DNA of 24,816 nucleotides from an uncultured Peptococcaceae bacterium. GTDB lineage: Bacteria; Bacillota; Peptococcia; Peptococcales; Peptococcaceae. The first letter of the stretch is position 1. Each line of letters begins with the position of its first letter. The stretch spans positions 1-24,816 of the forward strand of contig USPE01000001.1 in NCBI GenBank assembly GCA_900556545.1, in the 5' to 3' direction. A program made the position numbers and the translations under genes. The notes beneath the pieces were generated by a model that was not told the origin of the DNA, made no database searches, and saw only the letters and a program-made list of their open reading frames with translations. Below are positions 1-8,729 of this stretch, one piece after another.

Positions 1-369
1 TTCTATAACGGAGACATTCTGCTTTAAATGCGGATCTAACTCCATATTAACTTCTCTAAATCTTTTGCGCATGATGGCATTGGATAATTGGGAGCCAAAA
101 AATAAATACAGGCTTAACCCCAAAATTGGAAAGGCCAGAATCAAAATCATCCATGAGAATTTGTATGCCGCATTCATATGCATGCCATAGATACGCAGCG
201 CCACGACCCAGCCAAGCAGCACCGATAAAATATAGAGAACGGTGTTATAGCGAAAAATGTACAAGGCCAGCAGCATAATCCAGCCAATCTGCAGCAAAAT
301 ACTAAACACCACCAATACGGCTCGCCCAACGCTGTTTTTTATTTTTTGCTTGGATTCTTCAGTATGCAT
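1..369 (-). CDS. cls: Cardiolipin synthase, N-terminal part (continues past window start)
   Basis: Manual translation from ATG 369 (RBS GGGTGA upstream), open to position 1: MHTEESKQKNKKNSVGRAVLVVFSILLQIGW...NAAYKFSWMILILAFPILGLSLYLFFGSQ. This matches the PLDc_N pattern (W...P..G...YL.FG). HKD motifs would lie outside the window. Confidence 0.8.
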   Translation of the reverse strand, partial: MHTEESKQKIKNSVGRAVLVVFSILLQIGWIMLLALYIFRYNTVLYILSVLLGWVVALRIYGMHMNAAYKFSWMILILAFPILGLSLYLFFGSQLSNAIMRKRFREVNMELDPHLKQNVSVIE

Positions 370-562
370 GTATTCACCCGATTTCTAAGATAATTGAAAA
401 CCCGACAAATTTCGCGGTTCATATTTTTGAATATTATAGCATAGCCAATTCAAGAAGCTAGTCCAAATCCGTTTTTTTATCCAAAACTTCACAATTGCCA
501 CCAATGCTTTTATACAAAAACCTGTCTAATACATAGAATCAACTATTACAGATATCTTTTTC

Positions 563-593
563 TTGACCTTCATGTTGCTTTAAGGTTTATAAT
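563..593 (+). promoter_or_regulatory. MerR-type sigmaA promoter with operator for the MATE gene
   Basis: TTGACC (563-568), 19-bp spacer, TATAAT (588-593); dyad ACCTT(566-570)-N11-AAGGT(582-586) spans the spacer. Confidence 0.8.
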
Positions 594-639
594 AACAACT
601 GTTGCATACATCAATAACAAATCAAAAGGAGGCAGGTTT

Positions 640-1986
640 ATGCAAACGCAAAATAAATTGGATCGAGATTACAACGCATTGGCCTTGTTTCGTTATACGA
701 TTCCCAGTATTTTAAGCTTATTATTTATGTCCCTGTACCAGATGGTGGACGCAATTTTCGTTTCTCAATTTGTCAGCGAAAATGCGCTGGCATCTATCAA
801 TATCGTGTACCCTGTAATCAGTGTGGTATTGGCTGTCACGCTGATGCTTTCTACAGGCGGCAGCGCCATTGTAGCCAGAAAGTTGGGAGAAGGTAAAGCA
901 CAGGCGGCAAAGGAAGATTTTTCTGTACTGATTTTAACCACTGTTATCTTATCAGCACTCATTACCATCTTCACCACACTCTTTATGGAGCCTCTGTTAA
1001 AATTTATGGGGGCAACACCGGCATTATGGCAGGATTGCTATGATTATTTAAGAATTCTGATTTTATTTATGCCGGCAGCTGCTTTACAGCTCAGTTTTTC
1101 ATCATTTTTTATTACCGCTGGCAAACCCAATCTGGGATTTTTACTTACCATACTGTCCGGCGCTACCAATATCTTTCTGGATTATTTGCTGATTGTTAAA
1201 ATTCCGATGGGCATCAGCGGTGCAGCCTGGGGTACTGCCATCGGTTATCTGGTTGCCGCAGTGCCGGGGCTGCTCTACTTTTTACTGCAGCGTAAGGGTA
1301 CTATATTTTTTGTAAAGCCGGTGCTGCGCATCAAAATGCTGGGCTTTGCCTGTTTCAACGGATCATCGGAAATGGTCAGCAATCTCTCTACCGCTGTAAC
1401 AACACTGCTGTTTAATAAACTGGCGCTATACTATATGGGAGAAAGCGGTGTAGCTGCTATCACCGTTGTGTTATATGCACAATTTTTACTGACAGCAGTA
1501 TTTATGGGCTTTATCGGCGGGGCGGCTCCTATTTTCAGCTTTAATCTGGGCAGCGGAAACACCGCCCGATTACGCAATTTGTTTCGCTACAGCTTTTTCA
1601 CAGTAGCCGCATTAACATTGATGATTATTATTACTGCATATGCACTGGCTTCTCCTATTGTATCGGTATATATTCGTCCAGAGAGCAGTTCTTTCTCACT
1701 GGCGCTGCACGGATTTCTGCTGTTTTCAACCAGTTACCTTTTTGCTGGTTTTAATATTTACGCATCCGGTTTGTTTACCGCACTGCAGAACGGAAAAATA
1801 TCCGCGCTTATTTCCGGATTACGCACCTTTGTATTTTTAGTGCTGTCCTTACTGACACTACCTCTTGTGCTGGATGCAGACGGCATCTGGCTGGCTGTAC
1901 CGGTGGCAGAACTATTATCCTTTGTGGTAGCAATCGGCTGTATTATCAAATACAGAAAGCAATATCATTTTAGTTTTAAAAAATAA
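640..1986 (+). CDS. MATE family efflux transporter (MepA-like)
   Basis: 448 aa, about 12 hydrophobic segments, P.ILSLLFMSLYQMVDAIFV and N.FLDYLLI...MGISGAAWGT motifs; RBS AGGAGG. Confidence 0.93.
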   Translation: MQTQNKLDRDYNALALFRYTIPSILSLLFMSLYQMVDAIFVSQFVSENALASINIVYPVISVVLAVTLMLSTGGSAIVARKLGEGKAQAAKEDFSVLILTTVILSALITIFTTLFMEPLLKFMGATPALWQDCYDYLRILILFMPAAALQLSFSSFFITAGKPNLGFLLTILSGATNIFLDYLLIVKIPMGISGAAWGTAIGYLVAAVPGLLYFLLQRKGTIFFVKPVLRIKMLGFACFNGSSEMVSNLSTAVTTLLFNKLALYYMGESGVAAITVVLYAQFLLTAVFMGFIGGAAPIFSFNLGSGNTARLRNLFRYSFFTVAALTLMIIITAYALASPIVSVYIRPESSSFSLALHGFLLFSTSYLFAGFNIYASGLFTALQNGKISALISGLRTFVFLVLSLLTLPLVLDADGIWLAVPVAELLSFVVAIGCIIKYRKQYHFSFKK

Positions 1987-2016
1987 TCGGCAGTTGCTTT
2001 ATACATTGCCGCTGAT

Positions 2017-2064
2017 AAAAAATTCTCTTCTCGAACCTTTGCCGCCGAAAAGAGAATTTTTTTT
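2017..2064 (+). terminator. Intrinsic terminator after the MATE gene
   Basis: AAAAAATTCTCTTCTCG / CGAAAAGAGAATTTTTT inverted repeat ending in a T tract. Confidence 0.75.
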
Positions 2065-2115
2065 ATTTTAATACCAACACGCCAATCTCTGCCATCTTTT
2101 CTTCTGCTCTGGCAG

Positions 2116-2144
2116 TTGATTTCTACCCTTTAATGCGCTACAAT
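2116..2144 (+). promoter_or_regulatory. Putative sigmaA promoter for the holB operon
   Basis: TTGATT-17bp-TACAAT upstream of the holB RBS. Confidence 0.55.
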
Positions 2145-2209
2145 TATGAATAGAATGGTGTATTCATACTGTTTTACAACAACTATATTATATATAACAG
2201 GAGTATCTT

Positions 2210-3202
2210 ATGCAGTTTTCAGATATTAAAGGGCAACACCAGGCAATTCATATCCTGCAATGCGCCATCCAGAACAAGCACATTGCCCATGCGTATCTTT
2301 TTACAGGGCCGGAAGGCATCGGCAAAAAAATGACAGCTTTTGCTCTTGCCCAGTATCTTAATTGCAGCGCTCCCAATCAGCAGGAATTTTCCAGCTGTAA
2401 TGGCTGTCCTTCCTGCATTCAGGCAAGCTGCGGCAGTCATCCTGATATTTTGCTGCTGGAACCCGATGGCGCCAGTATTAAAATTGAGCAGATTCGCACG
2501 CTGTTGTCTAAAGTTGCGCTGCGCAATTATGAAAGTGCCTACAAAATCATTATCATCAACGATGCCCACCTGATGACTGAGCAGGCTGCGAATTGTCTGT
2601 TAAAAACATTGGAGGAGCCTACCGACAACACAATTTTTATCCTGGTAACGGCTAAGGTACAAAACCTGCCCATTACCATTTTGTCCAGATGTCAGCAAAT
2701 TCAGTTTCAATCACTGTCACCAGCATTGATTCAGGAAATTTTACAGCAGCTTTATCCCCAGCGGCAATCACAGATTGGTTTGATGGCTGCTTTGGCAAAG
2801 GGGTCTGTGCATACCGCCGAAGAATTGCTGGCCAATGAAGAAATTTCGCTGGCACGGCAGGAATTCTATCAACTGTTGACGAACCTTGCCACAGTTACAC
2901 CAGCACAGATCATCAGTTGGTGTCAGCAATGGGATAAAAACAAGAAAATGGTAAAAGCACTGTTAGAACTGGCACAGCTATGGTTTCATGACTTGCTGTT
3001 GTCCACCACATCCGGTCAATGGCAGTTGATCTTAAATCAGGATTATCTGGCCCAGCTAAAAGCACAGCAAATACGGCCGGAGCAGCTTTTAAAGATTTTA
3101 CAGTATTTCCAAACGGGTATGTCCCAATTAGAGAGCAATGCGTCTCCCCGTCTGGTATTGGAAATAGCGTTGTTAAAAACGCAGGCGGCATTTGCCGCAT
3201 AA
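2210..3202 (+). CDS. holB: DNA polymerase III delta' subunit
   Basis: HAYLFTGPEGIGK, Cys zinc cluster, HPD, AANCLLKTLEEP, LPITILSRCQ; followed by yaaT. Confidence 0.95.
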   Translation: MQFSDIKGQHQAIHILQCAIQNKHIAHAYLFTGPEGIGKKMTAFALAQYLNCSAPNQQEFSSCNGCPSCIQASCGSHPDILLLEPDGASIKIEQIRTLLSKVALRNYESAYKIIIINDAHLMTEQAANCLLKTLEEPTDNTIFILVTAKVQNLPITILSRCQQIQFQSLSPALIQEILQQLYPQRQSQIGLMAALAKGSVHTAEELLANEEISLARQEFYQLLTNLATVTPAQIISWCQQWDKNKKMVKALLELAQLWFHDLLLSTTSGQWQLILNQDYLAQLKAQQIRPEQLLKILQYFQTGMSQLESNASPRLVLEIALLKTQAAFAA

Positions 3203-3218
3203 CTAAAGGAGGTTTTGT

Positions 3219-3959
3219 ATGTCTGTAACCGTTATTGGCGTCCGTTTTAAGGAAGCCGGTAAAATATATTATTTTGATCCTGGCGATTTGCCTGTTACAA
3301 CCGCCGATCATGTAATTGTAGAAACAGCCCGCGGCATAGAATACGGCAGTGTCGTAGTTGGCATTAAAGAAGTGGACGACAGCGAGGTTGTCCCGCCGTT
3401 AAAAAAAGTAATCCGTATCGCCACCCCTGATGATGACGAACGGGTAAGAGAAAATATCTATCGTGAAAAAGAAGCCTTTGCAATCTGCCTGGAAAAAATT
3501 GAGCAGCACAATCTGCCCATGAAGCTGATTGATGTAGAATACACCTTTGATAACAGCAAGGTCATCTTTTTCTTTACTGCCGATGGCAGAGTGGATTTCC
3601 GTGAACTGGTAAAAGATTTAGCAACGGTTTTCCGTACTCGTATTGAATTGCGGCAGATCGGCGTGCGAGATGAAGCAAAGATGCTGGGCGGTATTGGTTT
3701 TTGCGGCCGTGAGCTGTGCTGCCATACCTTTTTAGGCGATTTTGCCCCGGTTTCTATCAAAATGGCCAAAGAACAAAATTTATCTCTTAATCCATCCAAA
3801 ATATCCGGTATCTGCGGTCGTTTGCTGTGCTGTTTAAAATATGAAAATGATGTCTATGTAGAAAATAGAAAATGTGGCTGCAAGGTAAAAAATATTGATG
3901 CCTTAAACAACGTAGATGAAGATGGCAACATTTTTGATTTGCATGAACTGGAAGACTAA
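3219..3959 (+). CDS. yaaT: Stage 0 sporulation / PSP1 family protein (YaaT/RicT)
   Basis: VIGVRFKEAGKIYYF, GRVDFRELVKDLA..FRTRIELRQIGVRDEAK, CGRELCC, SGICGRLLCCLKYE. Confidence 0.95.
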   Translation: MSVTVIGVRFKEAGKIYYFDPGDLPVTTADHVIVETARGIEYGSVVVGIKEVDDSEVVPPLKKVIRIATPDDDERVRENIYREKEAFAICLEKIEQHNLPMKLIDVEYTFDNSKVIFFFTADGRVDFRELVKDLATVFRTRIELRQIGVRDEAKMLGGIGFCGRELCCHTFLGDFAPVSIKMAKEQNLSLNPSKISGICGRLLCCLKYENDVYVENRKCGCKVKNIDALNNVDEDGNIFDLHELED

Positions 3960-3986
3960 GCAGCTACAAGAAGTGTAGGTGATAGA

Positions 3987-4271
3987 ATGACTTTAAGCGA
4001 GCAATTAAACGCAATGCAAGCTGTTTTACAGCAAGTATCCTCTGAACTGAAAGAGATACAGATGCAGGTAGAAAAACTGGAAAGCGAAAATGAACGGCTT
4101 CGCCAGCGTATCACGCCTGCCATTGCCAAAAATAAGGACACTGCCAGCGGACAAAAAGCCTTACAAAAGCTTTATGATGAAGGCTATCATGTATGCCCGT
4201 CTTACTTTGGTCGGGAGCATGACGGCGGTTGTCTATTTTGCCTGGAGGTTTTAAAGAATGTTACCAAATAG
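3987..4271 (+). CDS. yabA: Replication initiation control protein YabA
   Basis: N-terminal coiled coil (LESENERLR), C-terminal LYDEGYHVC...GCLFC zinc motif; synteny after yaaT. Confidence 0.9.
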   Translation: MTLSEQLNAMQAVLQQVSSELKEIQMQVEKLESENERLRQRITPAIAKNKDTASGQKALQKLYDEGYHVCPSYFGREHDGGCLFCLEVLKNVTK

Positions 4272-5007
4272 CATTCTTCCTGATGAAGAACTCACCGATT
4301 TATGTATAAACCACTGGAAAGTCCTGCAAAAAAAGCAGGGCTTTCGATTTTCTATCGACGCTGTTTTACTGGCCCACTTTATTCAGCCCAAAGCCGGACA
4401 GCAATTATTGGACATGGGGACAGGCTCCGGCGTTATCCCGCTGCTGATTGCTGCGCGTCATCAGCAAGTGACCATTGATGGCATTGAGGTACAGCCGGCT
4501 ATCGCTGAAATGGCCCAACGTTCCGTTCTATACAACGGCCAGCAAGAGCGCATCACCATCAGACAGCAAGATTTAACCCAGCTGCCCAAGGATTATGCCC
4601 GCAAATATGATTGGGTGGTGAGCAATCCGCCCTTTTTCCCAATTGGCAGCGGTAAGTTCAGCCCCAACTCACAGATGGCTATGGCGAGGCACGAAGTGGG
4701 CTGCACATTGGATGATGTAGTAAAAAGCGCCAGCTACTGCGTAAAAGATCGCGGCCACTTTGCCATGATTCATCGAGCAGAACGTCTGCCGGAAATTTTA
4801 AGTACCTGCCAAAAATACAACCTGGCTCCTTATCGACTGCGTATGGTACAACCCACTGCAGCGCAGCCAGCCAATTTGTTGCTGCTGGAATGCATCTATC
4901 AGGGACGCAATCGTTTAACCGTACTGCCGCCGTTAGTCGTTTATCACCAAAATCACACCTATACAGAAGAAATATTGGAATACTACAAAAATAATTCTTC
5001 TGCATGA
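4258..5007 (+). CDS. yabB: tRNA1(Val) A37 N6-methyltransferase (YabB/TrmN family)
   Basis: GFRFSIDAVLLA, LDMGTGSG, VSNPPF, ARHE motifs; RBS GGAGG inside the yabA 3' end. Confidence 0.9.
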   Translation: MLPNSILPDEELTDLCINHWKVLQKKQGFRFSIDAVLLAHFIQPKAGQQLLDMGTGSGVIPLLIAARHQQVTIDGIEVQPAIAEMAQRSVLYNGQQERITIRQQDLTQLPKDYARKYDWVVSNPPFFPIGSGKFSPNSQMAMARHEVGCTLDDVVKSASYCVKDRGHFAMIHRAERLPEILSTCQKYNLAPYRLRMVQPTAAQPANLLLLECIYQGRNRLTVLPPLVVYHQNHTYTEEILEYYKNNSSA

Positions 5008-5079
5008 CAGTGTTTTTACAAGTCTGTTTTACTATATTTGCACTACCATTTACAAAGTTATCGTTAGAGAGGTACTTGT

Positions 5080-5913
5080 ATGACTTATGGAACCCTTTAT
5101 CTGTGCGCCACACCCATCGGCAATTTGCAGGACATCACCCTGCGCGTGTTGGAAACACTGAAAACCGTAGATTTGATTGCCTGTGAGGATACCCGCAAAA
5201 CCTTGCAGCTGCTCAATCATTTTTCAATTTCCAAGCCGGTAACCAGCTATTACGAACACAACAAAATGACCAAAGGTGACGTTATTCTGCAGCAACTAAA
5301 AGATGGCAAAAATATCGCTCTGGTTTCCGATGCCGGTATGCCAGGCATTTCTGACCCGGGCTATGATTTGATACAGCAATGCCTGGCTGAGCAGATCCCT
5401 TTTACGGTACTGCCCGGCGCAGTAGCTGCCATCACCGGTTTGGTCTTATCCGGCCTGCCTACCAATCGATTCGCCTTTGAAGGTTTTGTGCCCCGCATAA
5501 AAAAAGAGCGAGTGCAGTTTTTTCAGAATCTATTAACAGAAGAACGCACCATGATTTTTTACGAATCTCCCCATCGGTTAAAAGATACACTGGAAACTAT
5601 GCAACAGGTATTTCCAGAACGCACCATGGCCGCCGCCAGAGAACTGACAAAAAAATTTGAAGAAATTGTCCGCGGCACACCGGCAGAAGTTCTCCAACAT
5701 TTTGAAACAGAGGGCATCCGCGGCGAATTTGTTCTATTGCTGCATGGCGCAGAACCAATCCAACCGGAAGAAAGAGATCTGGACTGGGCTGTCGCTCGAA
5801 CAGCCCAATTAGAACAAGACGGCATCTCTCAAAAGGATGCCATCAAACAGGCCGCCAAAGAAGCGGGGCTAAGCAAACGAGATGTCTATAATTTTATCGT
5901 ACAGAATAAATAA
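5080..5913 (+). CDS. rsmI: 16S rRNA C1402 2'-O-methyltransferase
   Basis: LYLCATPIGNLQDIT, ACEDTR, VSDAGMPGISDPG, FYESPHR, ARELTKKFEE. Confidence 0.96.
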   Translation: MTYGTLYLCATPIGNLQDITLRVLETLKTVDLIACEDTRKTLQLLNHFSISKPVTSYYEHNKMTKGDVILQQLKDGKNIALVSDAGMPGISDPGYDLIQQCLAEQIPFTVLPGAVAAITGLVLSGLPTNRFAFEGFVPRIKKERVQFFQNLLTEERTMIFYESPHRLKDTLETMQQVFPERTMAAARELTKKFEEIVRGTPAEVLQHFETEGIRGEFVLLLHGAEPIQPEERDLDWAVARTAQLEQDGISQKDAIKQAAKEAGLSKRDVYNFIVQNK

Positions 5914-5918
5914 TGCAT

Positions 5919-5948
5919 AAAAGCAGAGGTCGAAAAACCTCTGCTTTT
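5919..5948. terminator. Bidirectional intrinsic terminator between convergent rsmI and the anti-sigma gene
   Basis: Perfect 12-bp stem AAAAGCAGAGGT / ACCTCTGCTTTT. Confidence 0.85.
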
Positions 5949-5974
5949 GTTCTGTAAATTGTTTATCTATTCAC

Positions 5975-6769
5975 TTATGCCAATACTTCCCCTGCCATGG
6001 CAAACAATTCATCTGCTGTCAAGGACACATCTGAACCCATAATTTCGTAATTACCATCAGCTGTTTGCCAGAAAACGCTTTGTATTACATGCTCTTCCAC
6101 CTGATCACCGCCATATGCCAGGTTAAATCCACCAGCTGCTTGTCGTGCTTCATCTTCAGCGGTTGGCCGATAATCTGGCGGTACTATTTTCTGTACATAG
6201 CTATGATAGTAAACTGTAACGCCATTGATTTCCTTTGTTGCGGAAAATAATCTATTGTCCCTGTCCAACGAATATTCATCAATAATATAATTCAGTTGTT
6301 CCTTATTATTATTTTCATATGTGATTGTTACCATATCATAAAATTCACCAATAGGATTCCCCGCTTCATCTGCACCCTGCCACTGGGATTCATACGAACT
6401 TGCAAATTTGAACTCCCCAGCAAAAGATTCTGGAATGATTGGAGCAAAACCAAGCGTTTTTTCTGTTTTTTCCTGCGCGTCCTGTACAGAATAGGTTTCA
6501 CTGCCCAGGATATTATGTCCTGTCATACCAAAAAATCCACTTGCCGCTACTGCTGTGGTGCAAGTTAAGATACAAGCGGCTGCAACAGCCATCACTAATT
6601 TTCTGCTCTTTTTCATCGGTTTCATAGCAACATTCGCTCCTTCTAAAGTTTCTATTTTAGCTAAAATATCCTGTCTTGTTTTTTCTGATACTTCTATCTG
6701 TTTCGCCCTTCGCTGCAAAGCAGATGTAATATCCTGCCCTAAGGCATCGTTCCAATTTTTATTTTTCAT
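5975..6769 (-). CDS. Putative membrane anti-sigma factor (single TM, DUF4367-like C-terminus)
   Basis: Start moved to ATG 6769 (RBS GGGGAGG at 6779-6785), overlapping the sigma gene end. Short N-terminal cytoplasmic part, hydrophobic LVMAVAAACILTCTTAVAA, C-terminal SVFWQ...YEIMG...LTADELFAMA. Confidence 0.75.
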   Translation of the reverse strand: MKNKNWNDALGQDITSALQRRAKQIEVSEKTRQDILAKIETLEGANVAMKPMKKSRKLVMAVAAACILTCTTAVAASGFFGMTGHNILGSETYSVQDAQEKTEKTLGFAPIIPESFAGEFKFASSYESQWQGADEAGNPIGEFYDMVTITYENNNKEQLNYIIDEYSLDRDNRLFSATKEINGVTVYYHSYVQKIVPPDYRPTAEDEARQAAGGFNLAYGGDQVEEHVIQSVFWQTADGNYEIMGSDVSLTADELFAMAGEVLA

Positions 6770-7334
6770 ATTGTACAACCTCCCCATCCACAAAGTCCTT
6801 TGTTTGCAACAGTTTCTGCAAATTATGCCGCGCTGTAAATAATCTGGATTTTACTGTACCCGGCAGTGTTTGGGTCGCTTTGGCTATTTCCTCCACACTG
6901 AATTCATCGTAATAATACAAAATCACAACGATTCTTTGCTTTGGATTTAACCGATTAATGGCAGCCAACAAATTACTTTGATATTCATTTTCCGCTACAA
7001 TTTCCAACGACGATTTTTCCAAAGGTAAGCTGGCCTGATACACATCATAAATTTCCTCTACTGGCTGTTCCTTTTTTTGTTTTTTACAATAAGCCCAGGC
7101 TGTTCTGGTTAAAATGCGGTAAAACCATGTCTTAAACTGGTCTGTCTTTTTTAATTTAGGCAAAAACCGATAACACTTTATAAAGGCTTCCTGTAAAACA
7201 TTTTCACCATCGTAATAGTTCCCCGTTATCAACACTGCCGAACGCAATGCCTGTGTCTGATAACGCATAAACAATTCTTCAAAAGCAGACGTATCTCCAG
7301 CCTGAAACGCTCTCACCAGCATTTCATCACTCAT
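6759..7334 (-). CDS. ECF RNA polymerase sigma factor
   Basis: 191 aa; GDTSAFEELF, ENVLQEAFIK, FKTWFYRI (region 2); LYYYDEFSVEEIA...GTVKSRLFTAR (region 4). Confidence 0.93.
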   Translation of the reverse strand: MSDEMLVRAFQAGDTSAFEELFMRYQTQALRSAVLITGNYYDGENVLQEAFIKCYRFLPKLKKTDQFKTWFYRILTRTAWAYCKKQKKEQPVEEIYDVYQASLPLEKSSLEIVAENEYQSNLLAAINRLNPKQRIVVILYYYDEFSVEEIAKATQTLPGTVKSRLFTARHNLQKLLQTKDFVDGEVVQYEK

Positions 7335-7402
7335 TGTCTTTATCCCTTCTTTCCTAACTGCATGTCAATATGATAACGCTTTGTCTTTCAGTGCACTATT
7401 TA

Positions 7403-7431
7403 TAAGAGCCTTTTACTTACCGCTTGGTTCA
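7403..7431 (-). promoter_or_regulatory. Putative ECF (autoregulatory) promoter
   Basis: Minus strand TGAACC-17bp-CTCTTA about 70 bp upstream of the ECF sigma start; AAC in the -35 is typical of ECF promoters. Confidence 0.5.
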
Positions 7432-7543
7432 TTTTATTTCGATCTTTTTTCATTTTTTAATTCAAAAGAATTCATCATCCAAATGGATAATTGATTTTAA
7501 CGTTTACTTTCGATCCGATACTACGGAAATGAGGCATATAAAG

Positions 7544-7572
7544 AAAAAAGAACCAGCTAAAGAGCTGATTCT
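7544..7572 (-). terminator. Intrinsic terminator after the coiled-coil gene
   Basis: Minus strand AGAATCAGCT-CTTT-AGCTGGTTCT followed by a T tract. Confidence 0.75.
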
Positions 7573-7649
7573 CAAATATTACAAAGACTTTGGGTAAGGT
7601 GTATGGAACGATGTCATTGGATAAACTAGAATAGATTCTGTGTAGTAAA

Positions 7650-7949
7650 TTATTTAACTTTCTTTTTTAATTCGGCGATATCATATAGCATATCACGAGA
7701 AATTTCTTTACTTACTTTGTTGTCCTTTTGCGTTTCATCAATTTTAGCGGATAAGTTATCTTTAACGTCTGCAATAGCATTGGTTAAAACGGTTTGTCCG
7801 TTAATCAGTGCAGCATTTTGTTGTTTTAATAATTCTACATCAGATTTTAACCCTTTAATGTCCTGTTTCATTTCACCAAAATCAGAACGCATTTCCCGCA
7901 TTTCTGCCAACATCAAAGACATCATAGCTTGCATATTATCATCACTCAT
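7650..7949 (-). CDS. Hypothetical 99-aa coiled-coil protein
   Basis: Start moved to ATG 7949 (RBS GGGAAGGTGA). Heptad pattern MREMRSDFGEMKQDIKGLKSDVELLK; own extended -10 (TGgTATAAT, 7990-7998) and terminator. Confidence 0.7.
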   Translation of the reverse strand: MSDDNMQAMMSLMLAEMREMRSDFGEMKQDIKGLKSDVELLKQQNAALINGQTVLTNAIADVKDNLSAKIDETQKDNKVSKEISRDMLYDIAELKKKVK

Positions 7950-8270
7950 AATATAATCACCTTCCCATTTTAAATTAGAATGTATAGATATTATACCATA
8001 GTGTATTAGAATAGTGGTTCTATTTTTAGAAAAAAACAAGATTTATTGCATGGTTTTTCAAGATAACTTTTCACTAAAGTATTAAACTACCTAAACCAAA
8101 ACAGAGGCTAAAAAATGGCACTATGCTATAGAGTTATTGGCTCAGAATTGATTCTAGGACAGATGGAGCTACAATAATTTCCATAGTATTCTATTTCCTA
8201 AAATAACAGAAATAGTATTGTAATCAGTTGCAGACAACAAAACTCTAAAAAAACTTGCTTAAGTGGGTTC

Positions 8271-8299
8271 TTGACAGCAATATAACGGCATGGTATTAT
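8271..8299 (+). promoter_or_regulatory. Strong sigmaA promoter for tRNA-Thr
   Basis: TTGACA-17bp-TATTAT with extended TGn. Confidence 0.8.
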
Positions 8300-8389
8300 T
8301 ATTGGTAGACAAACTGATTTGGAACGACTGATTCCAAATTACATAAAATCAAGTGTTATTCTTGAAACTCCGTTGTAGACAGGCTTTGG

Positions 8390-8463
<74 letters not shown>

Positions 8464-8532
8464 TTTTTTACAATTTTTCTCTTTTCTTTTTGTTTTATTT
8501 ATGTTATACTATTTAACAGTCAATTCCAATAT

Positions 8533-8606
8533 GCGGGCGTCGTATAGTGGTAATACACCGGCTTCCCAAGCCGACGCGGAGGGTTCGATTCCCTTCGCCC
8601 GCTCCA
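8533..8606 (+). tRNA. tRNA-Gly(CCC) with encoded CCA
   Basis: Acceptor GCGGGCG/CGCCCGC, U73, CCA; anticodon loop TTCCCAA (CCC at 8565-8567); T loop TTCGATT; extended -10 TGtTATACT at 8502-8510. Confidence 0.95.
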
Positions 8607-8616
8607 ATAATGATAG

Positions 8617-8645
8617 AGGCGTTAACCGTTTGGTTAACGCCTTTT
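8617..8645 (+). terminator. Intrinsic terminator after tRNA-Gly
   Basis: AGGCGTTAACC-GTTT-GGTTAACGCCT followed by TTT. Confidence 0.8.
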
Positions 8646-8729
8646 GTTATGCTGTTTGTATAACGATTAGAACCCATACCGAATTTCCCCGAAAATAAAT
8701 TTTTCTGCATTCTTCTATAATTATAATAG

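Noticed and set aside
470..520. DnaA-box-like 9-mers (TTATCCAAA, TTATACAAA), with scattered others elsewhere
   Set aside because: All mismatched, not clustered, and no dnaA/dnaN; no evidence for oriC.
7324..7949. 11-bp TCATCACTCAT shared by the starts of the sigma and coiled-coil genes
   Set aside because: Explained by both proteins beginning M-S-D; no extension beyond it.
8501..8710. ORFs 8501-8698(+) and 8513-8710(-)
   Set aside because: They overlap the tRNA-Gly gene and its terminator; spurious.
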